This document shows, piece after piece, positions 24,027 through 37,061 of a DNA stretch of 64,000 nucleotides. Numbering within the stretch: the stretch's first letter is position 1; every line of letters begins with the position of its first letter. Origin of the DNA: Octopus vulgaris (Eukaryota); assembly GCA_951406725.2 (NCBI GenBank), contig OX597833.1:19592001-19656000 (forward strand), in the 5' to 3' direction. The notes below the pieces were generated by a model. The model was given only the letters and a program-made list of their open reading frames with translations, was not told where the DNA came from and made no database searches. The translations under genes were made by a program, and so were the position numbers.

Positions 24027-26848
24027 GTTGCTCCTGACGTTTGAACGATGAAATCCAAAACAAAAAACTAAACTTTGAGCAAGATTGTCAGCAGGAATCG
24101 CAGACCATTCTGTTGTCTGTCGGTTCACTTGGTTACTCACTACGTTCACTAAAAATTATCTACGATAGGCCGAAATTGCTATAATACTAACACCTTTTTG
24201 TTATTTCTTTTATTATATGAAAGATAACAAAAAATATGATATATAGGAAATTGTGCAGGCTTTCAATTTTTTTTTTACAGAGAACGATTTATAGAAGAGA
24301 TATGGTAATAATTTTTTTAACGAAATATTTTGCTTTATTTTAATTTATTTATATTAAACAATATACATATTAAAACAATAAAAATTGTACAAACTAGAGA
24401 AGCGACTAAGGGAAGTAACCGCAGACAGCTGTAAGTATGGAAGCAACAATGTGAAATAAATTGTCTTAGTTCAGTGAGTTGTTTTTTTTTTTATCCTGTC
24501 TTGTGTTCCACACTGAACCAGAGCAGCATTATGAGTAGTTTGGTAAATTATATCAGGACATGTGCGAAGTTTGGTAAATCAAATTAATGATAGCTGAGGT
24601 CAAGTCTTTTTCTCTCGAGGGAAACTTTCATCTATTATCTTCAAGTGTCAACAGATGAATGGAAATTTGAAATGCTCTGATCTGCTCATATTCTTGGATG
24701 AATTCATTATATGTATATTTATAAACATTCCACAGTCCTTTTGTTCTTATAATTTTTTTTTCCCATTCCAGTAAAGAAACATATATATCGTTGTATTCAC
24801 TCTTGCTTCATTTTTATGATAGTATCTATATATATAATATTAAGTATCAAAAAAGTCCAGCGTACATCTACGAAGTGATAGCAGAACCTATCCTTGGGTA
24901 TCTCTGATCAGGTCGTAGACGTATGAGGAACTCTTCTGACATCTGATAATAAATAATAATACTACTTGCGATGTTTAGTTATGGCCCTTTGCGATCTGAG
25001 TTCAAATTCCACTGAGGTCAAATTATTTTTTAATTCATTCTTCCAGCTTCGATACAAATAATACAAGTACAACATCGTTTTTTTTTTCTGGAACCTTTGA
25101 TTCCAAAGCCTTTCCAGATTAGTGATTTTTTTCCTGAACCGAGGGTGGTCACCTTAGTCAACACACTGTAAATTAAACAAACATAAAACTGACAATTAAA
25201 TCAAATACAGGTACCTGTACATTTGTATAAATGATTAAAAGTTTATTAATACTGCTCTGTGCAAGGTGCTAGTAAACTAGTCTGGCGACAACGAGATTCT
25301 CTTGTTCCTATTGTAAATTAATACAGATTATAAGAGGTACCGGATCATCAATGTCCGCAAAGTCGCTTTCTGGACTCTTGCTTATACTAGAGTCGATTTA
25401 TATTCCTATAATGTATCCTAAATGTGAATGGGATTATAATAGATGACTAAAAGTGGATATAATTCTTACTCAGTATATTTTCAGCTCCTACACAAACTCA
25501 CAGATTAAGTCACTTAGCAAACAAGTGCAATTCCCAAAAGAAGAATGTATCATTTAGAGGAATGGTAAGGCTGCGAGCTGGCAGAATCGTTAGTGCGTCG
25601 GACAAAATGCTTAGCAGCGTATCTTTCGGTTATCTACGTGCTGAGTTCAAAGACTGCCGAGGTTGACTTTGCTTCTCATCTTTTCAGGGTCGATAAAATA
25701 AAAACCATTTGAAGATTGGAGTCGATGCAATTGACTTTTGCCTCCCTTCAAAATTGTTGACCTTACGCCAAAATCAGAGAGGATTAAAAGAGGAACGGTG
25801 GAAAGTGCATTAGAAGGCTTGGGTAGATGTTTGCAATGTATCTTTGATCATTTTCTCATTGTTGCTAATAAAATAAACACAAGAATGTCCATATGCAGTG
25901 ATATCCATCCAGTCTGTTGCACTGAAATAAAAGAAATTCTCCATCATCACAAAAATAGGTCCTGTGTTCAACGAAAAGAAATATACATAAACTTATGACA
26001 AGGATATATTCAACTCATTTTTGTACCACAAAATATAATTATATATATATATATATGTGCGTGTATGCGGTTGCATTTATATGTATATGTATGTATATAT
26101 ATATATATATACTCGTATATCCAATCTCTCTGCTTTTGGTTGCTTCCTAGATTAAATGTTAAGGCGTATGAAACTTCAAAGAATAATTCTTCAACGAACG
26201 AAGTGAGACATTGCTGTAAATCGAAATACTTTTAAGAATTATCTCCCTTAAATCACGAAAGCGACGTCTTCATTCAAGATTTTTGTTGCTTCTTAATGGT
26301 GAAAGATAATTTAAGTTTTCTTTGGTCAAGGTCAAACTGCGTGGGATATTTACAAACAGGGGGAAATAATTTAACATATTCCGGTGAAATAATAGAATCT
26401 GAGGAAACTAGTGATGGTCTGCTGTTACAAAATACATACATTTTTAGAAAGCAAATAAAATTACTCTGTTATGTCTGGGAGAGTCATTTTATTTTTGTGC
26501 CTTATAATGTAACACACTCACCGTTGCGTCTTGCAACCTTTTCAATAGTCTTGACGCAACAGAATATGCTTCAACACACGAACTCATATAAAGAATCTTG
26601 CAAACCAAATCCAAAAACGAAAAATAAAATTACCGTCTCCTTTAAAAAATAACGAAATACACAGAAACTTTTGAAAACAAATATTTGACAGGTCGTTTCA
26701 TTTCGTTTTTTTTTTGGACACTCACAACAAATATAAGACATGCGTCAAGAAATTTCAACGCAATTTCCGACCATGACTATTCCTTTGGGGTTTTTTTTTA
26801 GTGGGTGGTTGTTTTTTATTTGCTTTCGCTTTTTCAAACATAAGTTTA

Positions 26849-28102
26849 CGAGGGACGTTCAATAAGTAATGCCCCTAACCCACTCGCAGTTGTTTGATCA
26901 AGCTGAAATTTTCATGTGCAATTATTTATATCTTTATAGATTAAGTGGCAAATTACAGCTCTGGACTAATTGTGGTTTCTGATTTACAGATGTTTGAACT
27001 GAGTCAAGTATGAAATGGAGCCTGTTGAGTGTCGAGCAGTGATCCGGTTTTTGTATTTGAAAGACGCACACCACGGGAGACTTTTGATGAAATGAAAGTA
27101 ACTTATGGTGATGATGCCCCATCATATGACCTTGTAAAACGCTGGCATCGTGAATTCAAACAGCTCCCAGATCTGGTCGCCCCTCTTCTGCCATTGATGA
27201 GGCATCTGTCTGTCAAGTTGAGGCTACCATTTTGGAAGATCGACACATAACTATTCGCCAAATAGCCCATGAGGTCAAGATTAGTACCGGGTCTGTGGAA
27301 ACTATCATTCATGACCATTTGCATATGCAAAAGGTGTCTGCCAGATGGATTCCCAAGTTGCTCACACCTTTCGAGAAGCAAAAATGCGTCGAGTGCTCGA
27401 GGATGAATTTGGAGATGTGCCAAGAAGATGAGTCAAAATTTTTCAAAAGACTGATTACACAGGATGAAACCTGGGTTCATCACTATGATCCAGAGACCAA
27501 AGCCCAGTCAATGCAGTGGATGCACCGTGACTCACCTCCTCCAAAGAAGGCAAGGGTGCAGCCCTCCGCTGGCAGTCTTCTGGGACCAGGACGGAGTAGT
27601 GATGACAGATTTCCTGGCAAAGGGTACCACAATTACAGGAGCCTATTATGCTTCACTTTTGAGGAAATTAAGAGAAGCTATCAAAATCAAGAGGCGGAGC
27701 AAGATCAGCAAAGGCATCCTCCTCCTGCAGGACAACGCTCCGGTTCACAACTCACGTGTTGCCAGATCAGAAGCACAGGCATGCGGCTATGAACTCCTCC
27801 TCCATCCCCTTACTCTCCTGACCTTGCACCCTCTGATTTTCACCTCTTCCCAGCCATGAAGTTGTTTTTGAAAGGAAAGCGTTTCCCAGATGATGCAGCC
27901 TTGATTTCTGAAGTCACGTCGTGGTTGGAGGACAAAGCTGGGGTCTTCTACAAAAACGGTCTCCAGAGCTGCATCAAACGATGGGAGAAATGCGTAACTC
28001 TGAGTGGTTCCTATGTAGAAAAAAACTAATAACTGTGCCAAGTTTCGTTGCTCTACTGCAATGGGAAGTGGGTCAGAGGCATTACTTATTGAACGCCCCT
28101 CG
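26849..28102 (+). mobile_element. Near full-length mariner (DD34D) transposon with frameshifted transposase (~27015-28029)
   Basis: ~35-bp imperfect TIRs CGAGGG(A/G)CGTTCAATAAGTAATGCC, TA duplications, 1254 bp. Motifs WIPKLL, ITQDETW, LLQDNAPVH and YSPDLAPSDFHLF are spread over several frames. The D2-D3 distance is 104 nt, i.e. DD34D minus one base. Confidence 0.95.
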
Positions 28103-28879
28103 TATTCGCAGGTCTGTCCTGGTTTGAGGAAGCGTATAATCAGTTATAAGGGACAATAGATTAAGTCTGTTCCTCTAGGATACCATTGTGGGATTTGAAC
28201 TCAGCGAAGAACCGAAACAACAAAAGCTGTTTGGCATCTCGTTTCTACTAGTTAACCACCCTGGGTTGACGTTCTGGTTACCAGCCCTAAAGGATGAAAA
28301 GTAAAATTAACCCCAGCAGAATTTGAACTCAGAACTAAAAAAAACTGAAAGAAATGCTGCAAAGTAATGAAGTCAAGTCAGTCACAAAGACTCAGTATGG
28401 TTGCTTCATCTGGTAACAGAAGCAGCCAAATCTCCAACAAATTACACCTAACTGTCTAATTTAAAGAAGGATGCATTTGGTAATATGCTCCCAGAAAAAT
28501 GTAATAGTCATAGCTGGAATAACTTTGATTATAAATCTGCTTGTTTGAGGTTAATCTGGGGCTAAGTTGCTACAAAAACCATGTTTGTAGTTGCTCATTG
28601 TTCTAGGAAAAGCAGGTGAACCTTTCTCAAATCACCCCATGTTAAAAAAGAAGGATGCATTGGATAATTGATTTAACCCTAGATATAATATGTCTGAAAA
28701 TATAAGACAAGATGGCCATGGTTAAAACACCTTTGATCATTGATTATTCAATCAGTTTTCAGAAGCTAAGCAACAACAAAAAAAAAAAGACAAGAAAACA
28801 TTTTAGGAGAATTTACAGAATCTTGTAATATACATTGGAAATATAGACACATGATTTCAATGTCATAGGAAAGGATCAT

Positions 28880-29100
28880 AAAATGGATTCTTCAAGCCAA
28901 GCCAACTGACAGGAAAACTAGAGGAAGACCATGTGCAAGATGGTTTGATAATATCCATAGTCTTGGTTAATCGTGCTTGGGAGTTCAATCATAAAATGTA
29001 ATGACGGTTGCTTCTGATAGTTGTAATGATGGTTGCTTCTATGGAGATGTCACAACCCTCCCTGTAATAGTAAGCTGAGAAAATGGATGCATGGATGAAT
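28880..29100 (+). mobile_element. RTE-type LINE 3' ORF fragment
   Basis: ILQAKPTDRKTRGRPCARWFDNI...ASD..W matches the RTE-type GxRxRGRPxxRWxD motif. Confidence 0.6.
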
Positions 29101-31819
29101 AAACTGAAATACTGGTGATGCATCAAAATGTCAAAGCAGATCATAAACCTTGAACTCCTGGGTTTTATATCACAAATTTTGGTATAGCATTGATAGAATT
29201 CATTAAACATAAAACATAGCTATAGCAGGAGTGCTTTTTATTCAGAGATAAACCTATTAATCATTTTTATATCAACCCATCTGTGACCACTTACACTAAA
29301 GGGTTCCTATTTGAATCAAAATCTACATGAGACGCATTGCAAAATGAACGCTACTGACATGAGATTTCAGTTGGTCAGCACAAATGAAATACATCCAGAA
29401 ACAAAGAAGAGCCAACATAGGCGCTTCTAGAAATAAGCGCTAAATCTTCATATTTAAATGAAAATGTAATGAAATCTCATTATCATATGCAATCTGCTAA
29501 CATGAGGCACTGTATGCATAATTGTTTGCGTTGGAATGCACTACTGCTGCTACTTGACTTCCTCCTCATCTTCCACTTCATCATCATCTTCCTCCTTCTG
29601 CTCCTTTCTCCACCTCACCTTCCTCACCATCATCTTCTGCCTCCCCCTCATCATCTTCATCATCATCATCGTCCTCCTCCTTCTCGCCCTCATCTTTCTC
29701 ATCATGATCATCTACTTCCTCATTGACCTCCTCCCCTTCACCTCCTCTTCCCCTTCACCTCCTCTTCCCCTTCACTTCCTGTTCCTCCTCCATCTTCTCT
29801 TCCCCTTCACCTCCTCTTCCCCTACCCCTCTTCCTACTACTACTGCAGCCTCTGCACCTCCTCATAGCTGCATGGTCTTATGCCCATCTCACCTCAAGCA
29901 ATCCAAAATTCCCATTTCACTCATCTATCCTCTTCATGGCATTCATTTGTATCTATCCCCATCCTCAGCTGCCACCACTACCTCATACTAGTTTCTACAT
30001 TCAGTCCTTCTTCACCCTGAATGTCAACCTCTATAGAATTAAATTCTCTCCCTCCTTTAATTCTTCAAAAGATACTTCAGGTGTATTGATGTCACTTACC
30101 TCAGAGGTCCTGGGAATGCCGTTGGCACAGTTCCTTCCCCCAAAATCATTAAAAAAAATTGTAAGAAATGTACATATGTATGCATATCATCATCATCATC
30201 ATCATCATTTAGCGTCCGCTTTCCATGCTAGCATGGGTTGGACGGGTCAACTGTGGTCTGTGAAGCTGGAAGGCTTCGTCAGGCCCAGTCAGATCTGGCA
30301 GTGTTTCTACGGCTGGATGCCCTTCCTAACGCCAACCACTCCGCGAGTGTAGTGGGTGTTTTTTACGTGCCACCTGCACAGGTGCCAGACAGAGCTGGCG
30401 AACGGCCAAGAACGGATGGTGCTTTTATGTGTCACCGGCACGGGGCCAGGCGATGCTGGCAACGGACACGAACGGATGGTGCTTTTACGTGCCACCGACA
30501 CGGGGCCAGACAGAGCTGGCAAACGGCCACAAACGGACGGTGCTTTGTCAAATGATGAAATGAGTACTCAACACTGCATTGGTGGATGTATAATTTCTTT
30601 ATTTGTGAATTAAGGCTACCATTTGTTTCATGCTAAGAAAAGTAGGAAAATATCCCAGTGTCTTAACAATTTTTCAAGCCGAATTTACAAGAAATCCAGT
30701 GAACAAAGCAAGACTGTTTTCCAAAATGGAAGCGAACACCTTTCTCCATATGACTGGCTTGAAAAATTATTAAGACACTGGGATATTTTCCTACTTTTCT
30801 TAACATGAAACCAATGGTAACTTTAATTCACAAACAAAGAAATTTTTTATATATCATCATCATCATCGTTTAGCGTCCGCTTTCCATGCTGGCATGGGTT
30901 GGACGGTGCACTGATCTGGCAATGTATCTACGGCTGGATGCCCTTCCTAACGCCAACCACTCCATGAGTGTAGTGGGTGCTTTTTACATGCCACCGGCAG
31001 AAGTGCCAGACGAGGCTGGCAAACGGCCACGATCGGATGGTGCTTTTTACATGCTACCGGCACGGAGGCCAGGCGAGGCTGGCACCGGCCACGATCGGAT
31101 GGTGCTTTTTACGTGCCACCGGCACGGAAGCCAGTCGGGGCGGCACTGGCAACAGCCATGTTCGGATGGTTCTCTTATGTGCCACCGGCACTGCTATCAC
31201 AGCTACAATTTCCATTGATACTGATCGATTTTGATTTTTGATTTTGATTTGATTTTCACTTGCCTCAACAGGTCTTCACAGGTAGAGTTTTGTGTCCCAA
31301 GAAGGAAAGGTATGCATAAGTGGACTGATGCCATGGGTCATGGCCTCACTTGTCCTGCCGGGTCTTCTCACGCACAGCATACTTCCAAAGGAAGAGAAGA
31401 TGGAGGAGGAACAGGAAGAAGAGGAGGAGGTCAATGAGAAAGTAGATGAGGAGGAGGTAGATGATCATGATGAGAAAGATGAGGGTGAGGAGGAGGACGA
31501 TGATGATGAGGAAGAGAAGGAAGAAGATGAGGTGGAGAAAGGAGGAAGATGATGATGAGGAGGAGGAAGATGATGAGGGGGAGGAAGAAGATGAGGTGGA
31601 GAAAGGAGCAGAAGGAGGAAGATGATGATGAAGTGGAAGAGGAAGATGAGGAGGAGGTCAAGTAGCAGCAGTAGTGCATTCCAAACGAAAACAATTATGC
31701 ATACAGTGCCTCATGTTAGCAGATTGTATATATATATATATGTATGTGTGTGTGTACAGCTGAGTGGACAAGTGAAGGAAAAGGGGACTCAACACATTTA
31801 TTAAGAGTTACTTGTATTA

Positions 31820-32093
31820 CTAGCAGTATCACTCGGGTTTGTAAGGGAAATAACTATATAAGCATTTTTAGAGAGTTATAGCGAAAAAATGCATTAAAAT
31901 GGAAAAAAATGATGGTAAATTATTTTTAAAATCGTAGACTCATCGTAGACACGCGCTAATACCCAGAAGGGCTCGATATGAATCACGACTATAAGATACC
32001 CGGTTTTGGTTAAACTACACCGCAAAATGTGGGAGTAGTTAGGAATCTAAATCGTAGGAGACAGACACACAACTTCACTTTTATATATAAAGA
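31820..32093 (-). mobile_element. Non-autonomous Helitron
   Basis: Minus strand reads a|TCTTTATATATAAAAG ... CTAG|t. The subterminal hairpin is not evident or is partly lost. Confidence 0.7.
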
Positions 32094-32120
32094 TTTAAAA
32101 CAGTATGATTTGAATTCCAT

Positions 32121-32224
32121 GCTACTTCAAGTTTTACAGGCTCCTATCGGAACCTGTTTCTTAAGGCAGGTGGAATAGCCTGATGAGACAGGCCCCTTTA
32201 GGGTCCTGTGAAACTTAAAATAGC
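32121..32224. ncRNA. Pair of inverted minimal hammerhead-ribozyme-like motifs (each partly decayed)
   Basis: Plus strand 32178-32224: gc CTGATGA g ACAGGcCCC ttta GGGtCCTGT GAAA cttaaaata gc. Minus strand 32167-32121: gc CTTAAGA a ACAGGTTCC gata GGAGCCTGT AAAA cttgaagta gc. Confidence 0.45.
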
Positions 32225-33498
32225 ACAGAGGCCAAATCAAACTGTTTTGAATAATATATATTTATACTTATATAAATGAAAAATGCATTTAGTACTACAA
32301 AACATACATGTAGGACAGACACAAGGGCCTCAATGCTTCATCAGCTACCAACTAAAAATGTTATTACCCAGTTATTACCTTTAATGATAATTAATGATAA
32401 TTTAATGATAATGACTGGGAACTTCATATATCAGCTGCACCTACAAGATTTGTGTAGAATTAGGGCTCAAGCAAACATATATCATCATCATCGTTTAACA
32501 TCCGCTTTCCATGCTGGCATGGGTTGGACAGTTTGACTGAGGTATGGCAAACCAGATGGCTGCACCAGGCTCCAATCTAATCTAGTAGAGTTTCTACAGC
32601 TAGATGCCCTTCCTAACACCAACCACTCCAAGAGTGTAGTGGGTGCTTTTACGTGCCACTGGCACGAGGACCAGTCAGGCGGTACTGGCGACAGCAAAGC
32701 TCAAATGGTGTTTTTTATCTGCCACTTGCACAGGAGCTAGTCCAGCGGCACTAGCAACAACCTCACACTCGAATGTTGTTTTTCATGTGCCAGTAAGGCA
32801 ACGCTGGTAATGACCACACTTGAATGATGCTTTTTATGTGCCACTGGCATGGGGGCCAGTCAGCGGCCCTGGCAATGATCATGCTCAGATGGTGCTCTTA
32901 ACATTCCACTGACACAGGTGCCAGTCATACAGTGCTGTTATCAGCCACGTCAGTGAATTTGATTTTGATTATATATATATATATATACTTAATCATATTG
33001 AAGGGAAATGGAAATTAATAGAAATTTTCATTTCCAGTGGCCTAGTGTGTAAAAATTTAGTCCAAAGACTATGTATTACTCATAAAATACAGTGAACATT
33101 TAAACACATAAGGAATACACTTGTGGGATTCAACACACTAGAAAGAACAGCTAGGTTCTATAACCACAAAATTACGGATAAAATCTGACAAGAATGAAAT
33201 GAAAAACTAAAAACTTTTACCATCTAGTTTCCTGGACCAATTGGTTTCTGATTTTAGTTTAGCAAATAAATAATATTCACTAGGTGAAATCTTCGTCAAC
33301 AGGTACACCTTAGATTAAATTTATAAAACATGAGGCAATCAACTATGTGCCTCTTGTTTATACATCCTAATTTTTTCAAAATCTACTGCGCAGATGCAGC
33401 CCCTCATCGGCAATAAAAAAAATCCCAACTTTTAAAATCCGAAAATTATCCAAAAACTTACAATACTTAATCATATCAAAGAGAAATGGAAATTAATA

Positions 33499-34071
33499 TT
33501 GGGTTGTCCGGAAAGTTCGTGCCGATTTATAGTAGCTTACATTTCGACTTATTTTAGAACATGTTTAAGTCCATAAAATAGGATTTGACTACACCTCTAT
33601 TTAGAGCACAGTTTAAGCTATCTTTTCGTAGAAGAAGGTTTATGTTCCTATAACCTGTGTTAATTCTGTAACCCTTTAAAATGGAAGTAAGAAAGTTCAT
33701 TTTCGGCACTTGGTGCTTTTCTTTTTCCGTAAAGGGAAAAACGCCTCACAAGCAACCAAAGAAATATGCGCAGTTTATGGTGAAGTTTCTTTATCCGAAA
33801 GAACTGTATGGTAGTGGTTTGCAAGATTCCGAGCTGGATATTGTAGCCTTATTGATAAAGAGCGATCAGGCAGACCATCCACTACAGATGATGACCAAAT
33901 CAAGTCATTAATTGAGAATAACCCACATTGCACAACCCGAGAATTGGCAGAAAGTCTCAACCTCTCAAAGTCTGTCGTTCATGGGCACCTGGTAAAGCTT
34001 GGGTAATGGCAAGTATTTATTGACCTTTTTCTTTCCTTTAAAAATCAGCATGAACTTTTCGGACAACCCAA
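33499..34071 (+). mobile_element. Internally deleted mariner element retaining the N-terminal HTH region
   Basis: TIRs TTGGGTTGTCCG(G/A)AAAGTTC(G/A)TGC, TA flanks. Frameshifted translation reads ...FRKGKNASQATKEICAVYG...WFARFRAG...DKERSGRP...IENNPHCTTRELAESLNLS. The host repeat resumes exactly after the TA. Confidence 0.9.
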
Positions 34072-35758
34072 TAGAAATTTTCACTTCCAGTGGCCTAGCG
34101 TGTAAAAATTTAGTCCAAAGACTATGTATTACTCATAAAATACAGTGAACATTTAAACACACAATGAATACACTTGTGGGATTCAACACGCTAGAAAGAA
34201 CAGCTAGGTTCTATAACCACAAAATTACGGATAAAATCTGACAGGAACGAAATGAAAAAATAAAAATTTTTACCATCTAGTTTCCTGGACCAATTGGTTT
34301 CTGATTTTAGTTTAGCAAATAAATAACATTTGCTAGGTGAAATCATTTCCCTTCAATATGATCAAGTATTGTAAGTTTTTGGATAATTTTCGAATTTTAA
34401 AAGTTGGCATTTTTTTATTGCCGACGAGGGGCTGCGTCAAACTCACAACCTTACAATGGTAAGCCAAATATCTCTAACCATAAAGCCATGTGCTTTAACA
34501 CAGTGTACGTGTATAAGAGTGTAACAGCAGGCTAATGTATGATTATCAGTCTGACATTCATACATGTAAAAGCTTGAGTCTGTACATGTACATAGAAAAG
34601 TGTGTATAAGTGTGAAAGAAGAGTGAGAATGTAGATACAAGTATATGTCTATATTTATGTGTATGAAAAATTTGTGAAAAGGTGTGTAGAATTGTTCTGA
34701 AGAGTAATTAGGTGAGTGGATATTGGTGTGTATACGACCCTTGCAGAGGTCCAAAGTTGACATCAATCAGCCTGAACAATCACAGAATTCTAGGAAGACC
34801 AAGAAACATTATCAGTAATTTCTCTGACTACCTTGCAAAAACATGTCTATTTTGATGGTATTCTGTACATGTGTGTGTCTGAGTTTGTATATGTATGTAG
34901 GAAAAGGTGTGTGTGTGTAGCTGTGTTGAAGGTAGAATGATGAGGAAGAGTAAATTATAAAAAAAAATGGGTGTGTGAGATAGACGTAGAAAGATAAGAA
35001 ATATAGATTGGTATGTTATAGGGAAATATATGTAACAGAGTGTGTGTATGTGTGTATGTATTTGTAACTGTTCATTTGTGTGTCTCAATGGAAGAATGTA
35101 CAGATATGTATCTAAAAAAAAAAAAATTAAATAATTTACAAACATATGTATGTATATGTATTCGTTTGTGTGTGTGTATGTGTGTGAGTGAGTGTTTATG
35201 TGTAAATGTTAAAATATTGAGATAGATAATATAGATATCTGAATGTTAGCAAGATAAGTTATTTTAGGTACAAAGTTGTGACTCAGAAGGGTTGCCTTCA
35301 GAATTGTAATCTGTAATCTTGTCCTTCAAACTTTTTTTAAGTTAATACGTAGCTTTGTACTATTTCCAACTACCTGGAAATAAAATAAGTATTTCGAAAT
35401 CATAAATGTGATTTTTGATTACGGTTAAATTAAGTACATCAGCCAGCAGGTTCCCTTCCTGTGTCCAGGAGTTTGCTTGCCAAGACTCCCTAGTCCTTTT
35501 ACTTGTTGCTCCTATTTCTATCATCATTGGTATCATTTTGAGGGTAATAGATGATAGCGTCCCAATCTCTTTCATGATGACTGGCCAATGTTGCCTTCGC
35601 TGATTTGACTCACACTGTCACACTTTCTAGTCCCTTGACCTCTGCACTCCGCACTTTTCCAGGTTTTGTGTACTTAGGGATAGACATTACCACACTCATG
35701 CATTGCCCTTGTGTTCACTATGTGGTTTAGCCTGTCAGTTGAGACCAGGAACCAGAGT

Positions 35759-36052
35759 TTTTTTTTTTTCCTTCTCGAGCCATGTCTGGCTCATAAGGGC
35801 CGGTTTCCTTGGTGTATAGGTTCCCCACCTGGATGGGACGCCAGTCCATCGCAGGTGAGCTGCAAGATGCAGGAGGAAAGAGTGAAAGTTGTGGTGAAAG
35901 AGTCAGCAGAAGTGCGCCATTACCTTCTGCTGGAGCCATGTGGAGCTTAGGTATTTCGCTCATAAACACACACATTGCCTAGTCTGAGATTCGAACCCGC
36001 AATCCCTCGACCGCAAGTTTGCTGCTCTAACCACTAGGCCATGTGCCTCCAC
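35759..36052 (-). mobile_element. tRNA-derived SINE (family D variant) with A-rich tail
   Basis: A box TGGCCTAGTGG, B box GGTTCGAATC, 15-bp TSD accaggaaccagagt (35744-35758, 36053-36067). Related copies at ~6240-6470, ~19600-19850 and ~59700-59920. Confidence 0.85.
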
Positions 36053-37061
36053 ACCAGGAACCAGAGTGTGGTCAATGCTGTACTCTGCAATAACTATGAA
36101 TCCACACATGAGCTAAATCTAGGAGTAACAAGGCTTCTGTTTAAACCAGCTGTTGCAAGGTTATTTTTAACAACTGATCTTACTGCTGCAAATAACGTAG
36201 AGTCACCAATATTCAAGTCTAGCTTAGTTTCATTATGTATGACAAAAGACAAAAAGAAGCAGGTTAAATACTGAAACTTGTGGGGCAGATATGAATGGAT
36301 GACAAATCAGTCATTGACTTGAAAAAGGAAGGATTGAATTGTTTTGGAAATAAGCTGTAGGTAAAGCACATGCAAAATAAGAGACATAGTGGAGTGGCAA
36401 GTTCCTAAACACAGGTGGCTAGTTTATTAAGAATTAAGTGATAATAATGGTTTGAAATTGTGGTAAAAAGCCCGCCATTTTGGGGGAAGGGGTAAGTCGA
36501 TTAAACTGATCCTAGTGCTCAACTGGTACTTATTTTATTGACCCTTAAAGGATGAAAGGCAAAATCGACCTCAGTGGAATTTGAACTTAGAACATAAAGA
36601 CAGATAAGATGCACTGCTAATGATTCTGCCAGGCTGGTCCATTGCCAATTTCAAAGACAGCAATCTAGAAACTGGTACTTTATTATATCAACCCCAATAA
36701 AAAATTCTAGAAATTTTTTTAAAAAGATAGGTTGTCGTCTTTTTTAAAAACTGTTACCAAGGTCACAACACTCCTCCTGAATGGGATGTTGGTCTGTTGG
36801 GTAAGGAACAAGTTGAGTACATCAGTCCCAGTACTTGACTGGTACTCTGTTTGACTGACTTTGAAGGGATGAAAGGCAAAGTTAACCTTGACTGGGTTTG
36901 AACTCAGAATGTTAAGAGCCACTATGCATTTTGTCCAAAGAGCTAATGATTCTGTCAGCTTGCCACCTATTCTGAATCAATGTTGCTTTTTTTTATTGAT
37001 CTTGAAGTGAGGGAAGGTAAAGTTGATCTTGGTGGGATTTGAACTCAGAATGTAAAGAGCT

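Noticed and set aside
24466-24522. Possible miRNA hairpin (agttcagtg ... cactgaacc)
   Set aside because: Only about 9-13 paired bases around a long poly-T loop; no match to a miRNA I recognise.
31292-31694. Acidic or His/Leu-rich ORFs (also 29469-30352)
   Set aside because: Translations of GAG/GAT low-complexity tracts that are the arms of an inverted duplication.
35980-36052. tRNA gene-like sequence with A and B boxes (also other SINE heads)
   Set aside because: It is the head of a TSD-flanked SINE, with no complete cloverleaf or acceptor stem.
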